Source: Verrucomicrobiota bacterium (GTDB taxonomy: Bacteria; Verrucomicrobiota; Verrucomicrobiia; Limisphaerales; CANJXF01). From it: a stretch of 49,047 nt of DNA. Positions within the stretch are counted from its first letter, which is position 1. Each line of letters opens with the position of its first letter. The stretch is from the NCBI GenBank assembly GCA_038214755.1, contig JBBQRQ010000029.1, forward strand, positions 1 to 49,047. Direction: 5' to 3'. Positions 46,326 to 49,047 of the stretch are shown here, piece by piece. Made by a program: the position numbers and the translations under genes. The notes under the pieces are model-generated. The model was not told where the DNA came from and ran no database searches. It was given only the letters and a program-made list of their open reading frames with translations.

Positions 46326-48746
46326 TCACGGATTAACCGACAGGGATTTCCTCATGGTGAACGGGGTGCTGTTGACGATTCCAAGAATGATGGATGAGAA
46401 ACGGTAATCATTCGCTTGCGCGTCGCGGACAATCTTGCGCACCGCGGGTGCGTCATACGATTCCACACCGCGACCGAGCGCAAACGTGAGCAGCTTTTCC
46501 GTCAGCGTGCTGACAAAAAGTTCCGGGCACTTGAGCAAACCCTCTTCCAGCCCGGAGACGCCGGCGAACTTGCTCCCGTCTGGCAAACCGCCTGCCACGT
46601 CAATCGGCAAACCGTCTTCCAACATTCGCCAGCGGCCGATGGCGTCGAAGTTCTCCAGAGAAAAACCGATTGGGTCCATCAGATTGTGGCAACTCGCGCA
46701 GGCAGCATTGGCACGGTGTTCTGCCAGGCGCGCGCGCACGGATAGATTCGCCGAAACCGTGTTGTCCTTCAGCGCCGGCACGTCCGACGGCGGCGGCGGT
46801 GGCGGCGCTCCGACAATGTTTTCGAGAATCCATTTGCCGCGAATCACCGGCGAGGTACGCGTGGCATACGATGTCACCGTGAGAACACTACCCTGCCGAA
46901 GCAAGCCCCCACGGTCGCTGTCTTTGTCGAGGGCGACCCGCCGAAAGCGGCTGCCGTACACATTGGGAATTCCATAGTGCTTCGCGAGCCGCTCGTTCAG
47001 GAACGTGTAATCCGCCTTGAGCAAGTCGAGCACGCTACGATCTTCGCGCCGGACGGTTTCGAAATGCAGTTCGGTTTCGCGTCGGAACGCCTGACGCAGG
47101 TTGTCGTCAAAGTCCGGAAAGAGCCGCAGGTCCGGCGTGATGGATTCGAGGTTGCGCAAGTGGAGCCATTGCTCGGCAAAATTGCGGACGAGATTTTCAG
47201 CCCGGGAATCCGCGAGCATCCGACGCACTTGTTTCTCCAGCACTTTGGGCTTGTGAAGTTCGCCGCGCTCGGCGGTCGCGAGCAACTCGTCGTCCGGGAT
47301 GCTGCTCCAGAGGAAAAATGAGAGACGCGACGCCAGCGCCAAATCGCTGATTCGATACACACTGTTAGACCCGACATCAGTTGGGTCTTGTTCAATGCGG
47401 AAAAGAAATTCCGGACTGACCAGCACCGCGCTGAGCGCCGCCTCGACGCCTGCATCGAAATCCTCTTCCCCCTTCGCCTTGCGATAGAACTCCATTGGCT
47501 TTTGAAGGTCGGCGCTGGTCACTGGTCGCCGATAGGCACGACGTATCAAAGTGGAAAAAATGCGTTCAGCGCATTGATCTTCCTCGCTTGGTTTCGTCGG
47601 CTGGCTAACGAAAATTCGGCGGCGACTCGGTGTGTCTCCGGGACTTTTCGAGTCGTACGGGCCGTTGATCGAGATTTGATAAAGGGCCGGCGTGAGACGT
47701 GGATGCCGGTGCATGTTGTAGTGAGCTTGATACGGCTGGCGCTTCGTTTCGATGAGCGACGAAGAATTTTTCAGGAACGTCACGCCGAGCTGATGCGGTC
47801 CAGCGTCCACGGGCAGTCGCACTTTCAGATGCGCATCCACTTTCTCGAAATCCTTGTTGGTTGGAGGCGACACCGTGAACGATCTCACGCGCTTGCGATC
47901 CAACAGCACTTCCAGTTCGTGCGCTTCGCGCAAGCCCTCGACCTCCTCGTTGCGGTCGCGCGTGAGGCGGATTTGGATTTCATACTCGCCGTCGCGCGGA
48001 AACGTGTAGGAAAGCAACGCACCACCGCGCGTGCCTAGCGGCAGCCCTTCAACGTGATCTTCCTGCGTGAGGTCCGGACGGATGCGAAACGTGTCCCCGC
48101 CGAGCTTGCGCCGTGGAGCGCCGACCGCCAGCCGGCTGATTTTCTCGGAGGCTGCGATGTAACGATGCAAAAGCGTCGGTGAAAGATTTGCGACCCCCAC
48201 ATTGTCGAAACCCTGACTCACGTCGTCCTTCGGCAATAGAGCCGTTGCATCAATGTCCAGACCGAGAAGGTCGCGAATCGCGTTTTGATATTCGGTCCTG
48301 TTGAGTCGCCGGAAGGTTTCGGTTCGTCCAGGGTTTGGATTCTTCGCGGCCGTGCGGTCGAGCGACACCGCCAGCCTGGCCACAACTTGGTCGTAAGTTT
48401 TATCCGGCGGCCGTTTTTTTCCGATGGGCGGCATCTGCCGCGCGCGCAGTTTTCGGATGACACGCTCCCACTCATCCGAATTTTCCCACGTGTCGCTGCG
48501 GCTGATGCTGTCGAGATCGAGGCCGCCTTTCTTCAACGTGTCGTCATGGCACTGAACGCAATACTGGTTCACGACTGATTTCACTGGCCCGGCCACCGCA
48601 GAAGATGACTGTTGCGCAGCCGAAGAGTTTAAGGCCGCGCCCACCAGCAACGAGCAACAGAGGGAACGAATTCCCCGGCGAATCCTTGTTGCGTTAACGC
48701 AGCTTTGAGCGCTTGGAATTGGTCGTTTCACAACAGCAAAGAGCAT
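46326..48746 (-). CDS. DUF1592/1588/1585/1587/1595 (PSD/PSCyt) cytochrome c-containing protein
   Basis: CVQCH, RRLNRTEY, SP.FLFR, LASRLSFFLWSS.PD, TSPV.RG.W, CASCH..MDP.GF.LENFD; start uncertain. Confidence 0.92.
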   Translation of the reverse strand: MLFAVVKRPIPSAQSCVNATRIRRGIRSLCCSLLVGAALNSSAAQQSSSAVAGPVKSVVNQYCVQCHDDTLKKGGLDLDSISRSDTWENSDEWERVIRKLRARQMPPIGKKRPPDKTYDQVVARLAVSLDRTAAKNPNPGRTETFRRLNRTEYQNAIRDLLGLDIDATALLPKDDVSQGFDNVGVANLSPTLLHRYIAASEKISRLAVGAPRRKLGGDTFRIRPDLTQEDHVEGLPLGTRGGALLSYTFPRDGEYEIQIRLTRDRNEEVEGLREAHELEVLLDRKRVRSFTVSPPTNKDFEKVDAHLKVRLPVDAGPHQLGVTFLKNSSSLIETKRQPYQAHYNMHRHPRLTPALYQISINGPYDSKSPGDTPSRRRIFVSQPTKPSEEDQCAERIFSTLIRRAYRRPVTSADLQKPMEFYRKAKGEEDFDAGVEAALSAVLVSPEFLFRIEQDPTDVGSNSVYRISDLALASRLSFFLWSSIPDDELLATAERGELHKPKVLEKQVRRMLADSRAENLVRNFAEQWLHLRNLESITPDLRLFPDFDDNLRQAFRRETELHFETVRREDRSVLDLLKADYTFLNERLAKHYGIPNVYGSRFRRVALDKDSDRGGLLRQGSVLTVTSYATRTSPVIRGKWILENIVGAPPPPPPSDVPALKDNTVSANLSVRARLAEHRANAACASCHNLMDPIGFSLENFDAIGRWRMLEDGLPIDVAGGLPDGSKFAGVSGLEEGLLKCPELFVSTLTEKLLTFALGRGVESYDAPAVRKIVRDAQANDYRFSSIILGIVNSTPFTMRKSLSVNP

Positions 48747-48846
48747 GGCTCCGCGCCCAATTGCGGACAAGGGAAAAGGAGTGGAAACGAAATAGGCACC
48801 GGTCTAAGCCGTGACGATTAAGTTGGAGCACAAGGCTCGAGGGATT

Positions 48847-48870
48847 GGAGCGCGGAATTTATTCCGCTTC
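48847..48870. repeat. Single REP arm (7992 family)
   Basis: ggagcgcggaatttattccgcttc. Confidence 0.75.
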
Positions 48871-49002
48871 AACTCGATCACGACGCAGAATCATCGCCCT
48901 GCTGAAGGCACGGAAAATTCTTCTGGCGGTATAAGCGGCTGATTGGAAGTCAGTTGATCGATCGTGCTGGACTTTGCCGTCAAAGTTTTTCACGCTGCGG
49001 TC

Positions 49003-49047
49003 ATGGCAAAACATTCTTCGGCCCGTCACTCCGCGCGCTCCGTCTCT
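49003..49047 (+). CDS. Possible 5' end of a gene truncated by the window edge
   Basis: ATG followed by an open frame MAKHSSARHSARSVS; only 15 codons visible. Confidence 0.25.
   Translation, partial: MAKHSSARHSARSVS

Noticed and set aside
2000..48870. CRISPR array or integron attC array
   Set aside because: Repeats are dispersed inverted pairs, not regularly spaced direct repeats; no cas or intI genes

Overview
A 49-kb bacterial chromosomal segment, most likely from a Verrucomicrobiota (Pedosphaerales-like) genome; this is inferred from the PVC-type gene families present, not from a marker gene. It carries housekeeping genes (metH, tadA, rfaE2, an LPS core glycosyltransferase/kinase operon, manA, an RluA-RlmI-type fusion, suhB, greA/B, msrP, a sorAB-like sulfite dehydrogenase), several secreted proteins, and a DUF1592-DUF1552-ankyrin operon interrupted by a HigBA-like toxin-antitoxin pair and a 4.3-kb mosaic island. 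The most unusual feature is metH: a ~340-aa P-loop (zeta-toxin-like) domain is inserted in frame between its cap and cobalamin-binding domains, with no intein motifs. The end of the insert hides a protein-like 63-aa ORF in the +1 frame, which suggests a whole two-gene module was captured inside the gene. A second theme is a large, diverse set of GTAG/GGAG-terminated REP/REPIN palindromes and heptamer tandem repeats, at least seven of which lie in frame inside coding sequences. Other observations are a single-base frameshift in a sodium:solute symporter, a gcvP 3' remnant, two small genes flanked by direct repeats, and a signal-peptide-bearing PD-(D/E)xK-like protein. All family assignments come from motif recognition by eye; no searches were run.
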